Positions 8,895 through 17,039 of a stretch of DNA of 20,000 bases are shown here, in pieces. Numbering within the stretch: the first letter of the stretch is position 1; every line of letters starts with the position of its first letter. This stretch comes from an uncultured virus (IMG/VR IMGVR_UViG_3300021255_002352) (taxonomy: Duplodnaviria > Heunggongvirae > Uroviricota > Caudoviricetes): the IMG/VR virus record IMGVR_UViG_3300021255_002352. One strand, written 5' to 3'. The translations under genes and the position numbers were made by a program. The notes under the pieces are model-generated. The model saw only the letters and a program-made list of their open reading frames with translations, had not been told where the DNA came from and made no database searches.

Positions 8895-9879
8895 TTCTAT
8901 TCTCCTTCATATTAATTTCCGCTTTTGTTACCTCATCGACATATTTAACAAACCCATCATAAAAAATCAGGAAGTATTTACCTCCCTGAGGATCTAAAAG
9001 AACTTTTATTTTGTCATGAAAAACAAAAACCTTATATCCAAGTTTCCTAAATTCGTTAATCAAAAAATCTCTAGACGAAATATGTGAATCTACATTTTTA
9101 TTCTTCAAACATAGAAGAATTCTATCTGTCGGAGCTTCATTGTCAGTTCTAAAATAGAATAATTTTTTAGATCTGGAAACTAAATCAAACAAGCTATAAG
9201 TTTTTGCTACTTGACTGTCAATTAATAGAACCGAATCATTTCTTATTTCATATGCAACGGCATGTGCTCCACCAAAAGACCAATCAACTATAAAAATTCC
9301 TCTTGCACCAGAACCCTGAGCAAGCATAATGCGTTCGATTTCATCCGCCGTAAATTCGGATGTATTAAAATACTTATATCCGGGATATAAAATATCAAAT
9401 TTTCGTTGCTTATCTAGTGTGTCGCTAATTATTCTCGTTCTATTTTTCGCATTGAAATGAGTCCACCAAGAATAAATCTCATATATACTATTATTTCGTT
9501 CATCTTGCCTAAGCGATTCGAAATGATAATCATCAGCCTCAACATCATAACCCCTACGACGCAAATCATAAACTGCTGCACAATATGCACAATTTATTGT
9601 AAAAGATCGATCATCTCTAAAATATGGGTTAACTCTACGCATATCTTCAAAAATCGACATTTTACGTTTTTTCATTTTTAAATCATTCAAACTTGATGGG
9701 TTATTTGATTTAACTTGATTAACCATTTCTTGAATGGATTTTCGCCATTTTATGATTATGTCTAGTTCACTAGTTCTATTTGCATAAATAGGCATTTGAA
9801 TACTTTTATCTAGTTTTTTAAGAATCTCCTCATTTCTAGCAATAGGAGACACTATAAAAAGTTCTTCTTGTTCTTTCAT
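8887..9879 (-). CDS. Papain-fold toxin-like (Tox-PL/glutamine deamidase-like) protein without the N-terminal tag
   Basis: INCAYCAAVYDLRRRGYDVEADDYH ... WSFGGAHAVAYE ... LLIDSQ ... YFRTDNE; a clear paralog of the C-terminal part of 7071-8645. Confidence 0.72.
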   Translation of the reverse strand: MKEQEELFIVSPIARNEEILKKLDKSIQMPIYANRTSELDIIIKWRKSIQEMVNQVKSNNPSSLNDLKMKKRKMSIFEDMRRVNPYFRDDRSFTINCAYCAAVYDLRRRGYDVEADDYHFESLRQDERNNSIYEIYSWWTHFNAKNRTRIISDTLDKQRKFDILYPGYKYFNTSEFTADEIERIMLAQGSGARGIFIVDWSFGGAHAVAYEIRNDSVLLIDSQVAKTYSLFDLVSRSKKLFYFRTDNEAPTDRILLCLKNKNVDSHISSRDFLINEFRKLGYKVFVFHDKIKVLLDPQGGKYFLIFYDGFVKYVDEVTKAEINMKENRNG

Positions 9880-9898
9880 AGAAAATCTCCATCATTCT

Positions 9899-11662
9899 TT
9901 AGAACGAATCTTTATTATGCTTGAACGCGACAAACGCATCCATCATTGCTGCAACACAGTCAATCTTTTGATCAGATCTTTTTTTGTATAGTTTACGGTT
10001 TCCGTTACTATCTTCAAGAGTAATACAATTTCCCATTGCAAAGTTCATAATTTGCTCGTCAAATAAAAGAAGCCTCTCTTCAGAAAGCTTCTTTAATTCG
10101 CCCAATGGAACAGATTCTGTTCTAGCACCCTGAATAACTTTTTCAACGCCAAACGGTCCTCGTTCAGTCATCCATCGCTCAACAAATTCTTTTGCATTAT
10201 ATGGGTCATACCCAAAGCAATTTATATCATACTGGTGCGCGTCAATAAATTGATCTAAATCCTCATAGACGTCCATCATATCAAGAATCGCACCATCCAT
10301 GACCATAAGACTTCCTTCATTTATAAAATCATCATACTTACTTCTAAGTGCGGAAGGCAGTTTTTGATAAGTGAATTGGCTTATATAATTTCTCGACTTG
10401 ATTCCAAAAGCTCCATTCCTTAATGGAAACATAAATGTAAAAGCACAGAAATCATCTCCTTGTGAAAGGTCTGCTCCAAGAGCGCATTGCATCTTGTCGA
10501 AAGATCTAAAGTGGTGCGGGATAGTTTCTTCATATGGAAAATAATATGTATAACCTTCTAATGGAATTCCGAATCTTTTTGCAAGAATATCGTTTCTGTT
10601 TGAAGGCGATTTCTCAGCTCTCTCTTTGTCTTGTGCATAAACATCGTATGTTACAGTTATTCCAAGATTTGGATTAGCTTTTACCCATTTACTAGGATCC
10701 TCTACTTCTTCAACAGAGTCCAATCTATAATACCAGATTGACACACGCGGATTAATATAATCTCCTTTAAGAATGTCTATAAGCTCCATTTTGATTGTAT
10801 CTCCAGGACCATTACGAACTGTACCTTCAGAAGAAGTTGCAACGATCAAATAATCGTTTACTTCATCAGTTCCGCCTTGCTCCTTAGTACATGACTGTTC
10901 TATTGCGCCAATAACATCTTCTCTTGTATCACCAGAAAGCCATTCATCAACAGTTGCTATCTTAATTCGATATCCTTGTAACTTGTCTTTGCTCATTGGC
11001 CTTGTTTCTATAGACGAATTAGTTATAAAATTCTGTATGCCTTTTTTGGTTGATGCTAATTTAACGCGATCTGCTTTATTGCCTGTTGTATTTTGCAACG
11101 ACCCATATGTCATAAACTTAAACATTGGTCCTCTTGCTCTAGTAATGGCAGTCCTAATTGGAGAAAGAACTTCATCCGCTTGTAACAATGTTGGAGCAAC
11201 AACAATCTGCAAACTTGATGATCTATCACAAATAAGATGATAAGCTTGAAGAAAAGCTGAATACATTGTCTTCGCAGCGCCTCTTGCTATGATTAAAAAT
11301 TGTTTTGTTATTAGTCGTTTTTTTATATATTTTGTTTCGTAATGGCCACCACGTCCATTCGGATTCGGAACATATGTCTCTCTAAGAATGAAATAATACC
11401 ATCCGAATATTTGTTCTGCCCAGAGTTTGAACGAGTCCAGCATTTTAACATCTCCGCCATTTGTAAGAGTTAATTCATTCTCACAAAAAGCGACAAAGCC
11501 ATTCATCGCATCTTTATCATAGTAAACTCCTGGGTTACTAATAAGATCATCGATACGGTTCATTTCCATAGCGATGTACTTATTAATTTGTGTCTCTCCT
11601 CTCATTACTGATTCTCTAAATCTGCCATAATAAATCGGTGTGGCAGTATTAGACAAACCCAT
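9899..11662 (-). CDS. terL: Terminase large subunit
   Basis: 587 aa with Walker A IARGAAKT, Walker B IATVDE, WVKANPNLG, and nuclease-domain motifs LGADLS, GYDPYNA and KIDCVAAMMDA. Confidence 0.95.
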   Translation of the reverse strand: MGLSNTATPIYYGRFRESVMRGETQINKYIAMEMNRIDDLISNPGVYYDKDAMNGFVAFCENELTLTNGGDVKMLDSFKLWAEQIFGWYYFILRETYVPNPNGRGGHYETKYIKKRLITKQFLIIARGAAKTMYSAFLQAYHLICDRSSSLQIVVAPTLLQADEVLSPIRTAITRARGPMFKFMTYGSLQNTTGNKADRVKLASTKKGIQNFITNSSIETRPMSKDKLQGYRIKIATVDEWLSGDTREDVIGAIEQSCTKEQGGTDEVNDYLIVATSSEGTVRNGPGDTIKMELIDILKGDYINPRVSIWYYRLDSVEEVEDPSKWVKANPNLGITVTYDVYAQDKERAEKSPSNRNDILAKRFGIPLEGYTYYFPYEETIPHHFRSFDKMQCALGADLSQGDDFCAFTFMFPLRNGAFGIKSRNYISQFTYQKLPSALRSKYDDFINEGSLMVMDGAILDMMDVYEDLDQFIDAHQYDINCFGYDPYNAKEFVERWMTERGPFGVEKVIQGARTESVPLGELKKLSEERLLLFDEQIMNFAMGNCITLEDSNGNRKLYKKRSDQKIDCVAAMMDAFVAFKHNKDSF

Positions 11663-11665
11663 TGG

Positions 11666-12043
11666 CTAAATCTCTCCAATTTCTCCAATGTAATTTTGTG
11701 TAATAAATCCTCTCCATTCTAATTCATTAATCGCTTCTTTGATTGCTGTAGAAATAGCTGAAGAGGTTGGAGGATCAAAGATCATCTTTGTTTTTAATCC
11801 CGCCCATGTAATGAGAGTTGATAAATCTATAGATTTTTCATGTAATAAAATGTCTGACCATTTCGTTGTATTGTCAGTGATTTTGTACGCTTCATCTGAC
11901 AAGCCTTCCTGGTAGATAATAAATAATACTGCGTTAATTGCAATTATTAGATTCGGATCAAAGTCATGGTTATCGGCATGAATACCAATAGTCTCTTTGA
12001 TTGAATCCATAATGCTTTCGTCCATTGGATTTTTATCGTCCAT
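11666..12043 (-). CDS. Head-tail connector/adaptor-like protein
   Basis: 125 aa helical protein (SIMDSIKETIGI...FDPNLIIAIN...KMIFDPPTSS...ELEWR) in the packaging module; resembles gp6/gp15-type connectors. Confidence 0.65.
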   Translation of the reverse strand: MDDKNPMDESIMDSIKETIGIHADNHDFDPNLIIAINAVLFIIYQEGLSDEAYKITDNTTKWSDILLHEKSIDLSTLITWAGLKTKMIFDPPTSSAISTAIKEAINELEWRGFITQNYIGEIGEI

Positions 12044-12046
12044 AGT

Positions 12047-12469
12047 CTACCTCCTCCAAAGGCATGTATCATTAGGAGAACGATCAGTCAAAGTAAAATT
12101 TATTACATCGCTCTCACTTCCATAATGAATCAAATTATGCGTATCTAATTTTGTAGTAATTAAATTTTCTGGATCAAATACAATGGGATCTCTTTTTAAA
12201 ATGTTTTCTACAGTTATTGGATTTATGTGATGAACTAAAGCGCCATTAAAAATATCGTATCCATCACATGCTAGATCACAGCCATTGTCTCTTATTATTA
12301 TTTTGTTTCTTACACTGCGCCATTCTGGACATTTATAAAGAAGCTGGTTTAAATATCTCTCATGACCAAATGTTTCACCGGCAACGCTTCCATGAAGCAT
12401 AAGGTATAAAACACGATCTCTGAAATTATCTATAGTAATCAATTCACTATAAGATCTTGAGCGGATCAT
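12047..12469 (-). CDS. HNH endonuclease (terminase-associated)
   Basis: EWRSVRNKIIIRDNGCDL...VHHINPI...ENLIT...THNLIH. The likely start is ATG 12469 (MIRSRSY) rather than 12520. Confidence 0.88.
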   Translation of the reverse strand: MIRSRSYSELITIDNFRDRVLYLMLHGSVAGETFGHERYLNQLLYKCPEWRSVRNKIIIRDNGCDLACDGYDIFNGALVHHINPITVENILKRDPIVFDPENLITTKLDTHNLIHYGSESDVINFTLTDRSPNDTCLWRR

Positions 12470-12809
12470 CTTCGTCTTCTTCTGATTCTGATGCAGATCC
12501 AGTATAAATTCCAAATGCACGCATAGCGCTTTCGAATAATTCTTCCGAATGCTTAGCAGATTTCAACGCTTCTGTTTTAGCAATCAGTAATTCATTTTCT
12601 CTTCTTAATTTTTCGGTCTCTAATTTCGCTTTTGTTGATCCAAGTTTAAGAAAGTGGACCAATTCTTGCGATGATGCTGTATGATTTCGAATCCTATACT
12701 CAACTTCATTTGCTGCTAAAGCTATAAGTTGGTTTTCACGACCTTCTTCTGTGGAAGCAGGCCTTAGTTTTGGTGTAGGTTCATCTACTATTACACGCTT
12801 TTTAGGCAT
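12447..12809 (-). CDS. Putative terminase small subunit-like protein
   Basis: Likely start ATG 12809 (MPKKRV, SD GAAAGGAAG). About 120 aa and helical, with a KAKLETEKLRRENELL coiled coil; first gene after the candidate cos. Confidence 0.55.
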   Translation of the reverse strand: MPKKRVIVDEPTPKLRPASTEEGRENQLIALAANEVEYRIRNHTASSQELVHFLKLGSTKAKLETEKLRRENELLIAKTEALKSAKHSEELFESAMRAFGIYTGSASESEEDEDDPLKIL

Positions 12810-12843
12810 GATCTCACTTCCTTTCAGTATACTTTTACCATTG

Positions 12844-12971
12844 TTTAGTGCCATTAATGAGGCATTAAATATTTGGAGAGAAAGTGTCTTAGAGGTAAAA
12901 ACGAAGACACCTCGTGCGAAAGGAGAGTAAAGCCCTAACACGGTATTTAATACCTCGTTAATAACACTAAA
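12844..12971 (-). ncRNA. Candidate structured RNA / long inverted repeat with two internal hairpins
   Basis: Arms 12844-12871 and 12944-12971 are 24/28 complementary, and 3 of the 4 mismatches are G-U pairs on the minus strand. Internal stems are GTGTCTT/AAGACAC and CGTG/CACG. Confidence 0.5.
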
Positions 12972-13014
12972 GGCATCAACAAAAATGATCCAGGGTTTAA
13001 AGTGTATTTAAAAA

Positions 13015-13090
13015 ATATCCCGCCGGAGAATTTTTTGAGACCGCCGCGATGCAATAGGGGGTGGGGTGTTTTAGACCCCCCTCCCTAGGC
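13015..13090. other. Candidate cos / packaging site
   Basis: GC-rich intergenic island (minus strand GGGAGGGGGG...CCCCACCCCC...CGCGGCGGTCTCAAAAAATTCTCCGGCGGG) just upstream of the TerS-HNH-TerL genes. Confidence 0.6.
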
Positions 13091-13133
13091 ACCTGATAGT
13101 CACCTTATATGGGTTAAAAACAGAGATAAAACA

Positions 13134-13436
13134 TTAATCAATGAAAGTTTTATAGTTTTTATTTTCAACTTTCTTATAAATGTGAAGAAAATCGAAAGAA
13201 ATTATTTCATCAATTGCACGTTCGATCTCGATATCGTTCAGCTCATCAGACAATTGGTCAGACGTTTTGGCAATACGAGCCAAATACGAACAAGAACAAT
13301 AGCCTTTTTCATTGTCGAACATTAACCAATCATAAAATTGTGTAAATGGGTCATAAGGATTGTCAATTGTTGTCAACGCAAAACGAGAATTGTTTTCAAT
13401 CAAATCAAGATTTGTTTCATTTGTTTCTTGTTTCAT
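13134..13436 (-). CDS. Acidic hypothetical protein following the RNAP-like gene
   Basis: 100 aa with GGAGG SD and LTTIDNPYDPFTQFYDWLMFD...GY.SCSYLARIA. Confidence 0.75.
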   Translation of the reverse strand: MKQETNETNLDLIENNSRFALTTIDNPYDPFTQFYDWLMFDNEKGYCSCSYLARIAKTSDQLSDELNDIEIERAIDEIISFDFLHIYKKVENKNYKTFID

Positions 13437-13462
13437 TGCTATTCAATCTGCCTCCAATCCAT

Positions 13463-16456
13463 TTACTGTTCACCAGCAAGAAGCTTAGATACAGTACTAG
13501 ATGATAGTCCTAGTGCCATAGCTATCTCTGCATTGCTACGGCCGTTAAGCTTCATCTGTTTAGCTCTGCTTTCCATTGCTGGAGTAATTGTTTTTCTCGA
13601 ACGAGGTGTGGCTCTCTCCTTTACCTTGCTCATATCAGTGTTGTCAAACACTTTACGTAAAGTATTTGCATGCACAGCACCAGACTGAATCGCTTCCCAC
13701 ATTCGATCTGTAATTTCTATTTTTGTTTTTGTAGCTCCTACTTGTTCCCTAGCTCTGGTTATCTCTTGTTGCCTTAGTTTCTTAAGCTCAGACTTCTTCA
13801 TGTCTGGGTTAGATTGCTTCTTAGCCTTGACAATACATGTAGCTATAACCTGTGCCTGACGTTCCCTAGGCTTATTCTTAGTAGCGACATCTAACTGAGA
13901 CTCTAAGTCTCTTACCTCCTTAGCATACAGCTTAGCTGCTTTAGAGCTGTATTCAACGCCCTTAGTCTCATATGATAGCTTACGGGCGGAGTTAGCCATA
14001 GCCTTCATGGTATTAGCGTATGCCGCATAGGCCTGCTCTATAGGGGAGTTGTATGAAGAGATGAGTGTTCTAGCGTCATCTGTTTCAGCCATCTTTGTGC
14101 TAGGTTGCGTGCGCACTTTCGTAACTTGAGTTATTTCGCCAGTCCTCTTATTCTCCTTGAGTACGGTGTAGGTAGCTTTAGGATCATCTTTATATAATAA
14201 GGCACCTTCTGGACGAGTAGGATCATAATCTGGACGCCCCTTAATATTTACTCTAGGCTGTCCTTTTCTTTTCACTACATCTTTTTCAGATTTGGCCATG
14301 GAAACCAAAGTAGATGCCCCATATACTTCTTTTCCATTCTCATCGAGATGCAACTGGTATTTCTTCTTAAGAGCTTCGATTCCATTCTGAACATAACTAG
14401 ATTTGTAATCTAACTTATGTTTCTCAGCATCAATAACTACCATTGAATGCCTTACTGCTCTAGCAAGTTCATCATTAGTAGCGCCTTTAATTGTCATATC
14501 CGTAATTAAGTTTGAAATCCTACCCATTTCATTCTGGGTATTCTTCATAACTTTAAACTCGATACCTGCTTTATTAAAGTAATGTTCATTACCTTTTGCA
14601 TCGGTATAAGTCTTCTTCGGATCGCAACCATATGTATCTTTTGGATCGAAACCTTCTAATCCTTTTAATCTCGGAGCATTCTTAACATTAGATCTGCTTG
14701 AAATAGGAATTACCATTGCAGTATCACCATCAAAGTCTGCTCCTGAAAGTCTATCTGCTACTTCGGCATTAATACCGACAGCGTCTCTAGAGTTCTTACC
14801 AATTAGTTTTACAGCATCTTTCTGTTTATTATTAACAGTAAGAATTGGTATTTCAAATAATCCACCATGAGGATAACGAATCAACGCAACTCTTTCACCA
14901 TCATTGTAGTTAGGAGCATAGATTTCATTATCTTTCATTGACGGAACTGGAAGAAGAACCTGGAACTTTTGTCTTGGTAATGCCGCAGCTGTTAAATGCA
15001 CTGCAGCATAATCACAATCATTGGCAAAAGAATCCAAATAATACTTTTTAACTGTATTATTTGTAAGACTCTTAATGTCATCTAATTCCTGCTGCTTTTC
15101 AACAGTTGCTACATTTAATTGCCTCTTAACTAATTGAAGATTTTGCTTTGATAAGAACTGAGCAGACAATGTATCTTTCCAGTTATCCCAGTCGCCTTCA
15201 TCTGATCTTTTATTAATTAAACCTAATTTAGCATTAGGACTATCAAATTTAGATTCAAGTCTTTTTCCAGTCTTTGAATCATAGTAGTACTGTCCGCCTT
15301 GTTCTGAATCTTTAATCAATGAGCCAAAAGGATTATCTGGATCATCTTTAATCTTCTTAAGAACGTCTCTCATCTCAGTTCCAACATGTTTATTGGTGTT
15401 AAAGATTACATCAACTCCATCTGGAAACTTAGATTGATCTGTTGCGTAAGCAGCCATTCCTTTTAAGTATCTATCTCCATCAACAAGAATTCTTACCTGT
15501 GCATAATTCTTTTCGCCAAGAGAAAGATCAGGAACATTTCTCCTTAATTCAATAAGACCGTCTTTTTCTTTACCGCCTTCTTCAGCATATCGAATCATTA
15601 ATCTTTTTGGATCCATTGATTCCGGATACTCGAATTTACGTTTAAAGTCTTTACCATTAGCTATTGCTTCATATTCTTTTAAGCTTTTAATATGCTCATA
15701 ATTATAGAAATCTTTAAACTCTGTTTCTGGAGTAGCAATTACATTCATTGTTGTCTGCCTAGATCCTGTTGGATCTGTAACATTCGGAATACGACCACCA
15801 TAGGTCTTATATCCTTCACCTTCAAGAATGTAAACGGCATTATCTAGTTTAGTTCTAGTAATTCCAAGTTCTTTTTCTACACCAGGTCCAATATCGATCA
15901 TTGCTTTTGGATCATCTTTAGAAAGATCTGTTAATCGTTCCTTTAAAAAATCTGCAGCTTTCTGAGCAACTTCAATATTTGCTTTTACAGATGGCTTTAA
16001 TAAAGATCTTACAGAAGACTCATTTGGTAATCCCATTTTTCTGGCAATCTCAGAATAGCCATATTTATGATTACCATTTTCATCAAGTGTGTTCCATAAA
16101 GCTTCGGCTCTATTAATCTTATCCATTTTGTCAAGATTTGACGCAAGAGTAATAGCCTGTCTGTATTCAGTTGTGCTCATCTTTAGCATCTTAGCTACAG
16201 CTGTTTCACCTTTAAACGTTTTTCCATAGTCTGGATTTTTTACTTTTTCACCATTTCTTAGAATATATTCTTCGTTATCTGTATAATTTAATCGTTTAGA
16301 TCTCAACTCTTTAACAAACGAAAGAAAATCTCCAGAATGCTGAAAAGGCGCATCACCAGACCCCCATGGGTATCTTCCAGAACCAGGAGTGCCTTTAATA
16401 TGGTCAATACCATAGTGCATTAAAAAATCATCGAGAGACGGTTTCTCGTTACTCAT
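13463..16456 (-). CDS. Single-chain two-barrel RNA polymerase-like protein (YonO / cellular RdRP-like) with terminal HTH domains
   Basis: 997 aa with LIRYPHGG...VGIN...RLSGADFDGDTAMV (RxP plus DxDGD catalytic loop) and YAQVR...YLKGMA. HTH patterns YSEIARKMGLPNESSVRSLL and SNAEIAMALGLSSSTVSKLL. Confidence 0.75.
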   Translation of the reverse strand: MSNEKPSLDDFLMHYGIDHIKGTPGSGRYPWGSGDAPFQHSGDFLSFVKELRSKRLNYTDNEEYILRNGEKVKNPDYGKTFKGETAVAKMLKMSTTEYRQAITLASNLDKMDKINRAEALWNTLDENGNHKYGYSEIARKMGLPNESSVRSLLKPSVKANIEVAQKAADFLKERLTDLSKDDPKAMIDIGPGVEKELGITRTKLDNAVYILEGEGYKTYGGRIPNVTDPTGSRQTTMNVIATPETEFKDFYNYEHIKSLKEYEAIANGKDFKRKFEYPESMDPKRLMIRYAEEGGKEKDGLIELRRNVPDLSLGEKNYAQVRILVDGDRYLKGMAAYATDQSKFPDGVDVIFNTNKHVGTEMRDVLKKIKDDPDNPFGSLIKDSEQGGQYYYDSKTGKRLESKFDSPNAKLGLINKRSDEGDWDNWKDTLSAQFLSKQNLQLVKRQLNVATVEKQQELDDIKSLTNNTVKKYYLDSFANDCDYAAVHLTAAALPRQKFQVLLPVPSMKDNEIYAPNYNDGERVALIRYPHGGLFEIPILTVNNKQKDAVKLIGKNSRDAVGINAEVADRLSGADFDGDTAMVIPISSRSNVKNAPRLKGLEGFDPKDTYGCDPKKTYTDAKGNEHYFNKAGIEFKVMKNTQNEMGRISNLITDMTIKGATNDELARAVRHSMVVIDAEKHKLDYKSSYVQNGIEALKKKYQLHLDENGKEVYGASTLVSMAKSEKDVVKRKGQPRVNIKGRPDYDPTRPEGALLYKDDPKATYTVLKENKRTGEITQVTKVRTQPSTKMAETDDARTLISSYNSPIEQAYAAYANTMKAMANSARKLSYETKGVEYSSKAAKLYAKEVRDLESQLDVATKNKPRERQAQVIATCIVKAKKQSNPDMKKSELKKLRQQEITRAREQVGATKTKIEITDRMWEAIQSGAVHANTLRKVFDNTDMSKVKERATPRSRKTITPAMESRAKQMKLNGRSNAEIAMALGLSSSTVSKLLAGEQ

Positions 16457-16457
16457 A

Positions 16458-17039
16458 TCAGTTCACTCCTTCCCTAGCCTTAATGTCATCAATTAATTTG
16501 CTGAACCTAATAATCTGATCCATAATCGGTAAAATCTCTTCTGGTGCAGGATTATGGTACACAACCTCATGACCTTGATAGATTCTTAATTCAATATCCA
16601 TCTCTCCAGGTTTAAAACCGTATTCCAAACAGAATAGAGATGCATATATTAACAACTGATCAATCTTTGCTGGAATCTCACCAGTCTTCAAATCATGGAT
16701 TCGTAATATCATTCTGTCAGAGCCACGCTGCCTGCCAAAATATATAGCGTCTGCAGTACCATAGCAATTGATTGAATAGAATAAAGGAATTTCTGAATCC
16801 ATACCGTATCCAATAGCGTCATTAACAAAAGCGTTAAGTGCTTTATTGGATCTAGGAAGTCTCTGTCTTAACTTAATACATCTAGAAGCAAAGTCATGAA
16901 GCTCAGTTCCTTTCTGAGCAGCAAGCTTGCTTTTAAATACAGATATCAATTTTTCATCTGTATAGTTAAGCCAGTGATAACTCGACGCACTTAGAAATGC
17001 ATGAGTACCTTCAATGTTTCCATGATTGTTCCAATTCAT
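16458..17039 (-). CDS. PD-(D/E)XK nuclease (DUF2800/Cas4-like exonuclease)
   Basis: HAFLSASS..W, AQKGTELH, YGTADAI, IHDLKTG, QLLIYA. Confidence 0.8.
   Translation of the reverse strand: MNWNNHGNIEGTHAFLSASSYHWLNYTDEKLISVFKSKLAAQKGTELHDFASRCIKLRQRLPRSNKALNAFVNDAIGYGMDSEIPLFYSINCYGTADAIYFGRQRGSDRMILRIHDLKTGEIPAKIDQLLIYASLFCLEYGFKPGEMDIELRIYQGHEVVYHNPAPEEILPIMDQIIRFSKLIDDIKAREGVN

Noticed and set aside
12810..12941. N-terminal extension of the 164-aa ORF
   Set aside because: It runs through the inverted-repeat element, and a good SD supports the ATG at 12809.
2714..13688. Other plus-strand ORFs (2714, 5219, 6541, 7507, 8199, 9457, 10983, 13338)
   Set aside because: All lie antisense to well-supported minus-strand genes. 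Their hydrophobic composition is what the reverse of Lys/Glu-rich coding produces.
13463..16456. The 997-aa protein as a true RNA-dependent RNA polymerase or reverse transcriptase
   Set aside because: It has no YxDD or palm-type motifs. A DFDGD two-barrel enzyme in a dsDNA phage is more plausibly DNA-dependent, as shown for YonO.
16458..17039. Cas4-like nuclease as evidence of a CRISPR-Cas system
   Set aside because: There are no other cas genes or array and no four-Cys Fe-S motif. Stand-alone PD-(D/E)XK nucleases are common in phages.
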